Source: a virus | Virus record (IMG/VR): IMGVR_UViG_3300029305_004190 | DNA: 64,000 bases | Strand: one strand, 5' to 3' | Part shown: positions 16,206 to 25,220 of the stretch, in pieces | Numbering within the stretch: position 1 is the first letter of the stretch | Layout of the letters: every line of letters begins with the position of its first letter | The notes under the pieces: model-generated | What the model saw: only the letters and a program-made list of their open reading frames with translations | The model's database searches: none | What the model was told of the DNA's origin: nothing | Translations under genes and position numbers: made by a program

Positions 16206-16355
16206 CCCCTCAAAGGGGATGAACATAGTGTACGTGAACCTACAGTTCACACCTTCCTCTCTCATATATTGTCAAGCATTGATGTGATGCTTACGGTGAA
16301 GATGGCTTCGAACCCATCGGCAATATATGCTCCCTTTAACCGTATTCCTTCCTAT

Positions 16356-16431
16356 ATGGGCGTAGCGCAGTTGGAAGCGCACCTGCCTTGGGGACAGGGG
16401 GTCGTGGGTTCGAACCCCACCGCCCATACCA
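16356..16431 (+). tRNA. tRNA-Pro (anticodon TGG)
   Basis: ATGGGCG/CGCCCAT acceptor, GCGC-AGTTGGAA-GCGC D arm, anticodon loop CTTGGGG with G37, GTGGG-TTCGAAC-CCCAC T arm, A-CCA. Confidence 0.75.
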
Positions 16432-16453
16432 TAACTGAATAAGGAGAGTCGAT

Positions 16454-16942
16454 ATGCTTTTATATCACGGAACACCGAACATTTTTAGCGAACCGTCTCT
16501 CGCAAAGTGTAAGCCGCACCGAGATTTCGGATGCGGCTTTTATCTTGCCCAAAATTTTCAAGACGCTTTACCGCTCGCAATCAAGCATTCACGCATCGGA
16601 TATGTATATACCTATGTGCTCAAAGACACTGACGACCTCAACGTCATCACTTTGGATGGATATTCCGATGAGTGGCTTGAATTAGTTGTGCGGTCAAGGC
16701 TCGGCTGCCCTCCAAATGCCGATTTGGTAATCGGGAATACAGCAGGAGGCGGCGCAAACCTTAAAGATAAGTTCACTAAGCTGAGGAATAGTGATGCATC
16801 GGTTAAAGAAGTAATCAACCTCATGCGAGATGAGCTGACAAAAACAAGCCTTGGAATTCAGTATTGTTTTCTGACTCCGAAGGCTTTATCAAAACTTCAA
16901 AAAATCAATGGTGAAATGTTTGAAAGGGAGGCAATAAGATGA
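16454..16942 (+). CDS. Hypothetical protein (162 aa) with N-terminal LYHGT...GFY motif (possibly ADP-ribosyltransferase-like H-Y-E fold; unverified)
   Basis: AAGGAG SD; motif order YHGT / GCGFY / later acidic residues resembles the H-Y-[ED] ART signature but cannot be confirmed by eye. Confidence 0.5.
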   Translation: MLLYHGTPNIFSEPSLAKCKPHRDFGCGFYLAQNFQDALPLAIKHSRIGYVYTYVLKDTDDLNVITLDGYSDEWLELVVRSRLGCPPNADLVIGNTAGGGANLKDKFTKLRNSDASVKEVINLMRDELTKTSLGIQYCFLTPKALSKLQKINGEMFEREAIR

Positions 16943-17478
16943 CCAGAGCCGAGTTTTTAGATAACATTACCGATTGGGGCGAGCTTAAAGAGTTCTGCTC
17001 TGACTGGGAATGCGACTACTGTGACGACATCTACGATGAAGACGGGAGAGACGACCAAATCAACGAGGACATCGGTGATTATAGTTGCGATTACTCATGG
17101 GATTCCCTCAGAGATTTGCTGAATGATATCCCTTCTGGGTACGATTATTACTGTAGAAGTTCTGCGTTCAACTGGGAAGAAGCTGACGACGAAATGTTCG
17201 AACGCTACAAGTCTGATGTCTGCGAGTGGGCAGACAACGGCGGCGTTTGGGATGAAGATGAGGAAGATGAGGATATCTTCGAAGAAGAGGATGATTTCTT
17301 TGCAGAAGAACCTGACGAAACACCCGTCGAAGACGAAGACTTCTCCGTTGGCGACCTGATTGGTATGTGTAGTGTAGCATTCGTTACAATCCAAAAGGAT
17401 AATATGCGCAAGATTCAGGAAGATAAAAAGGCATTCGACGAGTTCGTTGATGTGAATATTCCGAAAGTTCTGAAATAA
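16939..17478 (+). CDS. Extremely acidic Cys/Trp-containing protein (179 aa), candidate DNA mimic / anti-restriction factor
   Basis: Runs such as DEDEEDEDIFEEEDDFFAEEPDETPVEDED; start overlaps previous stop (ATGA). Confidence 0.55.
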   Translation: MTRAEFLDNITDWGELKEFCSDWECDYCDDIYDEDGRDDQINEDIGDYSCDYSWDSLRDLLNDIPSGYDYYCRSSAFNWEEADDEMFERYKSDVCEWADNGGVWDEDEEDEDIFEEEDDFFAEEPDETPVEDEDFSVGDLIGMCSVAFVTIQKDNMRKIQEDKKAFDEFVDVNIPKVLK

Positions 17479-17771
17479 TGATTCATTACACGTAAGTGTT
17501 TTGATATAGGTTACCGTGTAGATTGACTTTGCTTTACATATATTAAGTAGCGAAAAGGCAAAGTATCTTCTCGCTTATGGCAGAAGAATGAATTCGTGTT
17601 CTTCATTTTTATCATCGCATCTTGAGCGTTATTCTTTATTTAATCGGGGATTAAATAAAGAAAAACACCAAGATTGCTCGCTAAAAATGTCACGTAGTGC
17701 ACACGCCTCGCCTTTTGTTAGACTTGGGCTCGGCGTGCAGACGGTAACAAATGATTAACGGAGGTGAGTGC

Positions 17772-17927
17772 AATGATAGAAAAGAATGTGAAAAAGCAGG
17801 AAGCAAAACGCAGGCGTAATTTCTGGACTTGTGCTCGCCCTGTTACTCAAATCGTCCCAAATAAAAAGGCTTACAATCGTAAGCGTGCAAAAGATACAAT
17901 AAATAAGAAAGGTGGAGGATTCGAATG
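17772..17927 (+). CDS. Small basic protein (51 aa), not in supplied ORF track
   Basis: ATG preceded by AACGGAGGTGAG SD; MIEKNVKKQEAKRRRNFWTCARPVTQIVPNKKAYNRKRAKDTINKKGGGFE; stop overlaps start of next gene. Confidence 0.3.
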
Positions 17928-18479
17928 AATAAGGTTCTTGTTGTTGTCGATATGCAGAAAGACTTCGTGGATGGAGCGCTTGGCAGCAAGGAGGCAGTTG
18001 CAATCGTTCCAAAAGTGGTTGAGAAAATCAATGGATTTGAGGGGCTTTTTGCGGTAACGCATGACACTCATACCAACGCTTATCTCGATACGCAGGAAGG
18101 AAAGAATCTGCCGGTAGTTCACTGTGTCGAACAGAGCGACGGTTGGCAGTTGACACCCCCTGTATACGATGCGCTGAACAATCGCTTTAACGACGGAGTT
18201 TTGCCGCAGTTTTTCTACAAGCCTACATTTGGCTCCGTCGAGTTAGCTGACTGGCTGCTCAACGTGAACAAAAAGACTGCCGTTGACGAAGTCGTTCTCA
18301 TCGGTTTATGTACCGATATTTGCGTTATCTCAAACGCAATGCTTATCAAGGCATTTTTACCCGAGGTCAAGGTAACAGTGGATGCGGCGTGCTGCGCCGG
18401 TGTCACTCCTGAAAGCCACAACAATGCACTGGCTGCAATGAAGATGTGCCAGATTAACATCGAAAACTGGGAGGGCTAA
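17925..18479 (+). CDS. pncA: Isochorismatase-family cysteine hydrolase, probable nicotinamidase (PncA-like)
   Basis: VVVDMQKDF N-terminal motif, catalytic Cys context LIGLCTDICV, 184 aa; GGAGG SD. Confidence 0.75.
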   Translation: MNKVLVVVDMQKDFVDGALGSKEAVAIVPKVVEKINGFEGLFAVTHDTHTNAYLDTQEGKNLPVVHCVEQSDGWQLTPPVYDALNNRFNDGVLPQFFYKPTFGSVELADWLLNVNKKTAVDEVVLIGLCTDICVISNAMLIKAFLPEVKVTVDAACCAGVTPESHNNALAAMKMCQINIENWEG

Positions 18480-18480
18480 T

Positions 18481-19284
18481 ATGATTTCTGTTAACAATCA
18501 GCCTATCGACTTTACTTCGTTTCCCGATGGAACAACATCGTTTCGTTATGAGCCGCAGGAAGATTCCGATTTTACAATCGAATGGCGGTATGACAGCGAT
18601 AAAGAGTGTATCCTGCTGTGGTATCTTACCAAGCACATCAGGCAGTGTTACCTGAATGCCAATATCACTCTCGTTCTTCCGTATATCCCCAATGCCAGAA
18701 TGGACAGGGTTAAAAACAAGGACGAAGTATTCACGCTGAAATACTTTGCAGAAATCATCAACATCCTGCACTTCAATGAAGTTTATGTGTGCGACCCACA
18801 CTCCAGCGTCTCAACAGCTCTTCTGGATAGAGTCAAGGTAATCGACGCCAAGGAAAATATCGAAGAAGTTCTTCGAATTCTCGATAGCAATCAGAAGAAA
18901 GATATCCTTCTTTGCTATCCTGACGAAGGTGCTGCAAAGCGCTATTCAGAACAGCTTAACGCCGAGTATGTCTTCTGCATTAAGCACCGCGACTGGCGAA
19001 CCGGAAAGATACAGAGGTTGGAGCTCACGTCCCCCGAAACAGTTAAGGGCAGAAATATTCTTATCGTTGATGATATCTGTTCACGCGGCGGCACGTTCAC
19101 TTTTACCGCACAGGCATTGAAAGATGCAGGTGCAAAAGAGGTTTTCCTGTACGTTACACACTGCGAAAACACTATCGAAAAGGGTTCAGTTCTCACTGAT
19201 GGGCTGATTTCTCATGTGTTTACCACGAGCAGTATTTACCGTGGAAATCATGCTAATGTAACTGTATTCAAAGGGGGATATTGA
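18481..19284 (+). CDS. Ribose-phosphate pyrophosphokinase (PRPP synthetase)-like protein; candidate ADP-ribose pyrophosphate synthetase (Adps) of a phage NAD+ reconstitution pathway
   Basis: Type I PRTase PRPP-binding loop ILIVDDICSRGGTF in C-terminal half, Prs-like two-domain length (267 aa); coupled to pncA-like gene. Confidence 0.7.
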   Translation: MISVNNQPIDFTSFPDGTTSFRYEPQEDSDFTIEWRYDSDKECILLWYLTKHIRQCYLNANITLVLPYIPNARMDRVKNKDEVFTLKYFAEIINILHFNEVYVCDPHSSVSTALLDRVKVIDAKENIEEVLRILDSNQKKDILLCYPDEGAAKRYSEQLNAEYVFCIKHRDWRTGKIQRLELTSPETVKGRNILIVDDICSRGGTFTFTAQALKDAGAKEVFLYVTHCENTIEKGSVLTDGLISHVFTTSSIYRGNHANVTVFKGGY

Positions 19285-19682
19285 TGGGCATCGAAGAAGT
19301 TGAAGCATTATGTAAAGAAAGAAATCTTCCATATAAAGGCGAATTTCTCAAGTCGCTGAGTGATGAACAGCGAGATGCAGGATATATAAAATTCAATATT
19401 CCTGATATCGAAAATCTCGACAGTGCAAACGGTGAAGGTGTCTGGGGATGGGTTTCTCCAGAAGATAAACTAAAACATGATGATGACCGTTATCATGGAG
19501 AGATTACCGCAATCTTGTGTAATACACCGCTTAACTTCTATGGTATTCTTTGGTGGGGCTCTGAGGTCAAGATTACTTGCCATGGAAGTTCTCGCCCCAC
19601 ATTGTCAAAACAATGGGTAACAGACAATATTCTGAATGCGCCGTGGTTTGACAATAATGACGACAATATCGAAGAAGATTAA
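19281..19682 (+). CDS. Hypothetical protein (133 aa)
   Basis: ORF overlapping upstream stop (ATGA), acidic C-terminus. Confidence 0.55.
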   Translation: MMGIEEVEALCKERNLPYKGEFLKSLSDEQRDAGYIKFNIPDIENLDSANGEGVWGWVSPEDKLKHDDDRYHGEITAILCNTPLNFYGILWWGSEVKITCHGSSRPTLSKQWVTDNILNAPWFDNNDDNIEED

Positions 19683-19706
19683 CAATATCCCAAGGAGGGC
19701 AAACAT

Positions 19707-20912
19707 ATGATTGAGTTGCAAGGCAAGTATGCAACTGCGAAGGTGTTCACCGATGTGGTTGATAATGAATCAATCTCACAGGTAATCAACCTTTTGAATC
19801 AACCCTACATAGAGGGCAGCAAAGTTCGTATGATGCCGGACATCCATGCTGGAGCTGGATGCACCATCGGCACCACTATGACAATCAGTGATAAGATTTG
19901 CCCGAATCTTGTTGGCGTTGATATCGGATGCGGAATGGAAACCATCCGCATCAAGGAAACTTTCATCGAGCCGCAGAAGCTGGATAAAGTTATCCGTTCA
20001 GAAATTCCATCCGGTTTTGAAATCCGTAAGAATCCGCACCGTTTCGCTAAAGGCATTGATTTATCTGCATTGTATTGCGCCAAGAAGATTAAGCTCGACC
20101 GAGCATATAACAGCATTGGCACACTTGGTGGAGGTAACCACTTTATCGAAGCGAACAAAGACGAAGATGGTCATATCTACATCGTAGTTCACTCCGGTAG
20201 TCGCCATCTCGGTTTGGAGATTGCTAATCTGTATCAGGAGGCGGCGTATGCTTCACTCACCTCTTACAGCAAGGATGAAATCGAAAAGATTATCGAGGAA
20301 CTGAAGGCTGCGGGGCGGCAGAAAGAAATTCAGAATGTTCTGAAAAACTTGAAAGCCAAGCATTCTCCGATTCCGAAACCTCTTGCTTATGTTGAGGGAG
20401 AACTGTTCGAGCAGTATCTGCACGATATGCGCATTGCTCAACAGTACGCCAACCTCAACAGAAAAGCAATGATGGACACTATCGTGAAAGCGATGGGTTT
20501 CCACGTTGAAGAACAGTTTACCACAATTCATAACTACATTGATGTGGAAAATATGATTCTGCGCAAGGGAGCTGTATCGGCTCAGGCTGGCGAACGCCTG
20601 CTGATTCCTATCAATATGCGTGACGGTAGTTTGGTGTGCACTGGTAAAGGCAACGAGGATTGGAACTGTTCCGCACCTCACGGTGCCGGTCGGTTAATGA
20701 GCCGAAGCGAGGCAAAGCAAACCTTCACTGTTTCTGAGTTCAAGAAACAGATGGACGGTATCTACACCACTTCTGTTGGACGAAGCACACTCGATGAATG
20801 CCCGATGGCATATAAGAATATGGAAGATATCGTGAAAAACGTAGAACCAACTGTCACGATTGATTCCGTTATCAAGCCTATCTACAACTTCAAGGCGGGT
20901 GATGAAGAATGA
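19707..20912 (+). CDS. rtcB: RtcB-family RNA 3'-phosphate ligase
   Basis: VGVDIGCGM, GGGNHFIE, VHSGSRHLG, HNYIDVEN, CSAPHGAGR motifs in RtcB order; AAGGAGGG SD. Confidence 0.9.
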   Translation: MIELQGKYATAKVFTDVVDNESISQVINLLNQPYIEGSKVRMMPDIHAGAGCTIGTTMTISDKICPNLVGVDIGCGMETIRIKETFIEPQKLDKVIRSEIPSGFEIRKNPHRFAKGIDLSALYCAKKIKLDRAYNSIGTLGGGNHFIEANKDEDGHIYIVVHSGSRHLGLEIANLYQEAAYASLTSYSKDEIEKIIEELKAAGRQKEIQNVLKNLKAKHSPIPKPLAYVEGELFEQYLHDMRIAQQYANLNRKAMMDTIVKAMGFHVEEQFTTIHNYIDVENMILRKGAVSAQAGERLLIPINMRDGSLVCTGKGNEDWNCSAPHGAGRLMSRSEAKQTFTVSEFKKQMDGIYTTSVGRSTLDECPMAYKNMEDIVKNVEPTVTIDSVIKPIYNFKAGDEE

Positions 20913-21151
20913 TTGTTTTTCTGGTTTTCTTTTTCATCTTCCTGTACATCCTTATAGGCGCGGCTGTCACATATTACCTACATTATTTGTACAGCAATAA
21001 AGCGTGCTATAAACCCAAAGAAACATATGATTCCATTTCAACCCCTTCATACTGTGTGGTGATAGGAATTTTCTGGCTCTTTGCAGCACCGTTTGCTTTT
21101 GCATTATATTATTCACGTTACGGATTTCCGCAATCCAAAGAAAAGAGGTAA
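20909..21151 (+). CDS. Small hydrophobic membrane protein (80 aa)
   Basis: Two predicted TM segments (MIVFLVFFFIFLYILIGAAV..., IGIFWLFAAPFAFALYY); overlaps upstream stop. Confidence 0.45.
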   Translation: MIVFLVFFFIFLYILIGAAVTYYLHYLYSNKACYKPKETYDSISTPSYCVVIGIFWLFAAPFAFALYYSRYGFPQSKEKR

Positions 21152-21157
21152 CATCAA

Positions 21158-22672
21158 ATGATTCAATACAATCCACTTTTGTGTCTGGACTTCTACAAGA
21201 CTGCTCATGCGGAACAGTACCCGCAGAGCTTGACCAAGATGGTTTCTTACTACACTCCTCGTATGAGCCGACTGGCTGATACGGAAAAGGTAACTCTGTT
21301 CGGATTGCAGGCATTCATTCAGGAGTATCTTGTCGATGCGTTCAATGAGAACTTTTTTGGTAAGCCCTACCCGAAGGTTCTTGAGGAGTACAAACGTGTC
21401 CTCGGTGCAACAATCGGTACGACTGGTGTCGGCGAAAAGCGCATCGAAAAACTTTACAACCTTGGCTATCTCCCCCTGAAGATTCGTGCGGTGCCTGAGG
21501 GTACACGAACCAATATCAAGGTTCCGCAAATTGAAATTTCCAATACACACCCCGACTTCGTATGGCTTGTCAACAGTATCGAAACGATGTTGTCCAGTAC
21601 AATGTGGCACACGCAGGTTTCCGCAGAAGTTGGCTACAGATACCGTCAAATCGTCAATGAATATGCAGATGAAACCTGTGATGACAGCGTTGCTCGTGCA
21701 AGACTTCTTGGCGATTTTTCAATGCGTGGTCAGGAAAGTGTTGAGAGCGCAACAAAGAGTTCTGCGGCATTCTGCTTGAGCTTCCTCAACACGGCAACAG
21801 TCCCTGCAATTCTGTGGCTGGAAGACAATTACGATTGTGACTGTGAAAAGGAGCCCGTTGCCTTTGGCGCTCTTTCCACAGAGCACAGTGTTATGTGTTC
21901 CAACTATGCTGTAGATGGTGATGAGATTACACAGATTCGAAGACTTCTGACAAGCATCTATCCTCACCAGAATTTCTCGATGGTCAGCGACAGCTACGAT
22001 TACTGGAATCTGGTTGACAATCTTTTGCCACAGCTCAAGGACGAAATCCTTGCTCACGATGGTTTCATTTCCATTCGCGGAGACAGTGGTGACCCTGTCG
22101 ATGTTGTTACCCAGACAGTATTTAAGCTGTGGGATATCTTCGGCGGTACCGTAAACAGCAAGGGGTATAAAGTTCTCGACCCTCACGTCAAAGCCATCTA
22201 TGGCGATAGCATTACACCACAGAGATGCGAGGCAATCTATAAGATTCTAAAAGAGAACGGCTTCGCAATCAACAATGTTTCTCTTGGCGTTGGTTCATTC
22301 TCAATGCAGTGCCTTGAAACCATTACAATGGAGCATATGGGTAACTGTGCGATGGGTGTCAGAACTCATTATTCACCGTATACTCGTGACACGTTCGGCA
22401 TTGCGGTTAAAGCTACTTATGCCGAAGACGAGAACGGCAATCCCATCATGATTTTCAAGAACCCCAAGACCGACAGCGGAAACTTCAAGAAGTCGCAGCG
22501 TGGTTGTTGCCGTGTATATAAGACAGATAATGGATATGCGTATGAGGACGGCTTAACTTGGGCAGAAGCTCAGGAAGAGAACGAACTGATTACGGTATTT
22601 GAGAACGGTGAATTTGTCAAGCGCTACACGCTGAACGAAGTTCGCCAGAATCTCCATGGGGGTAATTTCTGA
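21158..22672 (+). CDS. nadV: Nicotinamide phosphoribosyltransferase family protein (NAMPT/NadV, or the homologous Namat)
   Basis: N-terminal NPLLCLDFYKTAHAEQYP (NAMPT D-x-YK-x-H-x-x-QYP signature), 504 aa typical NAMPT length, GDS/ GVGS phosphoribosyltransferase segments; GAGG SD. Confidence 0.85.
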   Translation: MIQYNPLLCLDFYKTAHAEQYPQSLTKMVSYYTPRMSRLADTEKVTLFGLQAFIQEYLVDAFNENFFGKPYPKVLEEYKRVLGATIGTTGVGEKRIEKLYNLGYLPLKIRAVPEGTRTNIKVPQIEISNTHPDFVWLVNSIETMLSSTMWHTQVSAEVGYRYRQIVNEYADETCDDSVARARLLGDFSMRGQESVESATKSSAAFCLSFLNTATVPAILWLEDNYDCDCEKEPVAFGALSTEHSVMCSNYAVDGDEITQIRRLLTSIYPHQNFSMVSDSYDYWNLVDNLLPQLKDEILAHDGFISIRGDSGDPVDVVTQTVFKLWDIFGGTVNSKGYKVLDPHVKAIYGDSITPQRCEAIYKILKENGFAINNVSLGVGSFSMQCLETITMEHMGNCAMGVRTHYSPYTRDTFGIAVKATYAEDENGNPIMIFKNPKTDSGNFKKSQRGCCRVYKTDNGYAYEDGLTWAEAQEENELITVFENGEFVKRYTLNEVRQNLHGGNF

Positions 22673-23139
22673 TGTCAATCAAGATTATTGACGGCGACCT
22701 GTTCAACACAAAAGCAAAGTATATCTGCCATCAGGTGAATTGCCAAGGTAGGATGGGGAGTGGTGTTGCTAAACAGGTTCGAGTCAAATTCCCGGAAGCA
22801 TACAAGGCATACTCTGACAGATGCAACGGCGAAAAGAGTATGAAAGACCCGCTCTGGACACTGGGCAAAGCACAGTTTGTGAGATGCAGCAACGGTGTTA
22901 CTATCGTAAATATGTATTCGCAAGGTAATTATGGCTACGATGGTAAACAGTATACAGACTATTCAGCTTTCCAGAATTGTCTGCACGAAATCCGAAAAAC
23001 AGTTCCCACTGATGCTGTGATTGCAATGCCGTATAAAATCGGATGCGGTCTTGGCGGCGGCGATTGGAACATTGTCATGGAGCTAATCGAAAAAGAACTT
23101 CCCGACCACACCGTAGAGTTGTGGAGAAAAGAGGCGTAA
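22672..23139 (+). CDS. Macro-domain (ADP-ribose binding/hydrolase) protein
   Basis: ICHQVNCQGRMGSGVAKQV and later CGLGGGDW glycine-rich loops characteristic of macro domains; 155 aa. Confidence 0.7.
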   Translation: MSIKIIDGDLFNTKAKYICHQVNCQGRMGSGVAKQVRVKFPEAYKAYSDRCNGEKSMKDPLWTLGKAQFVRCSNGVTIVNMYSQGNYGYDGKQYTDYSAFQNCLHEIRKTVPTDAVIAMPYKIGCGLGGGDWNIVMELIEKELPDHTVELWRKEA

Positions 23140-23140
23140 T

Positions 23141-23896
23141 ATGCTTGTTGACCCCAAGAAAACAAAGGACGATGTAGTCCAGTGGATTCGCAATTACTTT
23201 GCTGAAAATGGCAAAGATTGTTCAGCAGTTATCGGTATCTCCGGTGGAAAGGACAGCAGTATTGTAGCCGCTCTTTGCGTCGAAGCACTTGGTGCGGATA
23301 GGGTTGTCGGTGTTTTAATGCCAAATGGCAGGCAGAAAGACATTGCTGACTCAACTCGTCTTGTGGAAGCGCTCGGAATCCAAAGCATTGTTGTGAACAT
23401 CGGCGGTGCATACTGCAACATGGTTGATGTTCTTGGACGTACAGTTCCGGGTGGAATCAGCGAACAGGCAAAAATCAATCTTCCTCCCAGACTCAGAATG
23501 GCAACACTCTATGCAGTAGCTCAGTCCATTCCGGGTGGCGGTAGAGTTGCAAATACTTGCAATCTTTCGGAAGATTTCGTTGGTTACTCCACGAAATTCG
23601 GTGACAGTGCAGGTGACTTCAGTCCTCTTGCCAACCTTATGGTTCACGAAGTTGTACAGATTGGTCACGAGCTTCCCATCCCCGCTGACCTTGTTGATAA
23701 AGTGCCGTCCGATGGGCTGTGCGGTAAAACCGATGAAGATAACCTCGGTGTAAGTTACCGCGAAATTGACAGCTACATTGAAACAGGAACCTGTGCGGTA
23801 GCCGCGCATGAGCATCGCATTGAGGATTTACACAGAAAGAATCTTCATAAGGTAAATCCCATGCCTGCGTTCAGCAAATATAGTGTTCAATCGTAA
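23141..23896 (+). CDS. nadE: NH3-dependent NAD+ synthetase (NadE)
   Basis: PP-loop SGGKDSS, overall NadE architecture (251 aa), coupled to macro gene. Confidence 0.85.
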   Translation: MLVDPKKTKDDVVQWIRNYFAENGKDCSAVIGISGGKDSSIVAALCVEALGADRVVGVLMPNGRQKDIADSTRLVEALGIQSIVVNIGGAYCNMVDVLGRTVPGGISEQAKINLPPRLRMATLYAVAQSIPGGGRVANTCNLSEDFVGYSTKFGDSAGDFSPLANLMVHEVVQIGHELPIPADLVDKVPSDGLCGKTDEDNLGVSYREIDSYIETGTCAVAAHEHRIEDLHRKNLHKVNPMPAFSKYSVQS

Positions 23897-23909
23897 GGTG
23901 AAACACAAG

Positions 23910-25196
23910 ATGTTGGAAACAATCGCGCAAATCTATTGCCTCCAGAATATGGTGGGTTCAATCAAAAAGATGGAAGTATTACGGGAGTTCAAGGATAACG
24001 AGGACTTCCGTAAACTTTTATATTATGCTCTGAATCCTATGTTAACCTACAAGATTTCAGAGCACACACTTCGCAAAGAAGTAGAGTACGACCCAACAAT
24101 TACGCTTACACTGACAGATATTTATACCATATGCGAAACACTCTCAAACCGCAAGGCTTTGGATGATGCCACCGTGTATCAGGTATGTACATATCTGCAG
24201 TGTATGTGTGACCCTGAAGAAGCTAAGTTTTACATTAAGCTCCTTTCCAAAACACTTCGCCTTGGAGTAACAGCAAAAACGGTCAATAAAGTTATTCCCG
24301 GATTGATACCCGAATGGGAAGTACAACAGGCATATCCCATTGACAAATATCCTGTTAAAAACGACACCGAGTTTTGGCTCACACAGAAGCTGAACGGAGT
24401 TCGGGCTACATATTATAAAGGAAAACTTTATGCGAGAAGTGGTGTTCCGTTCAAAGGGCTTGAACACATAACAAGTGTGCTTGAGTGGTTGGAGAGTGAA
24501 GCGAGCTATCCGCAAGTTTTTGACGGAGAGCTGACACTGAAAAACAAAAACAGCCTCAGCGACAACGAAGCTTTCCGCATAGCCACGGGCATTATAAACT
24601 CATCAGATGATGATAAAACGGCAATTTGCTATACAGTTTTTGATGTTCTTCCTGCAAACGAGTTTGAGGGTGGAGAAAGTAAAGAGTTGTATGGTAAAAG
24701 ACGTGCTCAGCTTGAAGACATCAGGGCTATACTTCCTGATGAATGCCCGGTATATATTTTGCCCGTTCTGTATCACGGCAGTAACTCAGCCAAGATTGAT
24801 GAATATCTTGAGCAAATGGTTCGTGAAGACAAAGAGGGACTGATGCTTAATCTCGATGTTCCGTACAAGTGTAAACGACATAACGGAATATTGAAGGTCA
24901 AGCGTTTCTACGCAATGGACTTGCGAATCACAGGTTGCGAAGAAGGAACAGGAAGACTGGCTGGAACTTTGGGTGCTTTTGTACTTGATTATAAAGGAAA
25001 CGAGGTTCGTGTTGGTTCCGGTTTCACCGACGAACAGCGTACAGAATTCTGGGCAAATCGTGAAAGCATTATTGGACTTCTATGCGAAGTAAAATACAAA
25101 GAAATATCCTACGATAAAAACACCGGCGCAGATAGTCTGCAGTTTCCGGTGTTTGTTACGTTAAGGACAGATAAAGATGATGTGAGCTTCGCTTAA
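23910..25196 (+). CDS. lig: ATP-dependent DNA ligase
   Basis: Motif I KLNGVRA (KxNG), motif IV EGLMLN, motif V LKVK; ATG 8 nt after AAGGTGA (track lists GTG 23883 overlapping nadE stop). Confidence 0.8.
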   Translation: MLETIAQIYCLQNMVGSIKKMEVLREFKDNEDFRKLLYYALNPMLTYKISEHTLRKEVEYDPTITLTLTDIYTICETLSNRKALDDATVYQVCTYLQCMCDPEEAKFYIKLLSKTLRLGVTAKTVNKVIPGLIPEWEVQQAYPIDKYPVKNDTEFWLTQKLNGVRATYYKGKLYARSGVPFKGLEHITSVLEWLESEASYPQVFDGELTLKNKNSLSDNEAFRIATGIINSSDDDKTAICYTVFDVLPANEFEGGESKELYGKRRAQLEDIRAILPDECPVYILPVLYHGSNSAKIDEYLEQMVREDKEGLMLNLDVPYKCKRHNGILKVKRFYAMDLRITGCEEGTGRLAGTLGAFVLDYKGNEVRVGSGFTDEQRTEFWANRESIIGLLCEVKYKEISYDKNTGADSLQFPVFVTLRTDKDDVSFA

Positions 25197-25220
25197 CATC
25201 CAAGAAGAGGAGGATTCCAA

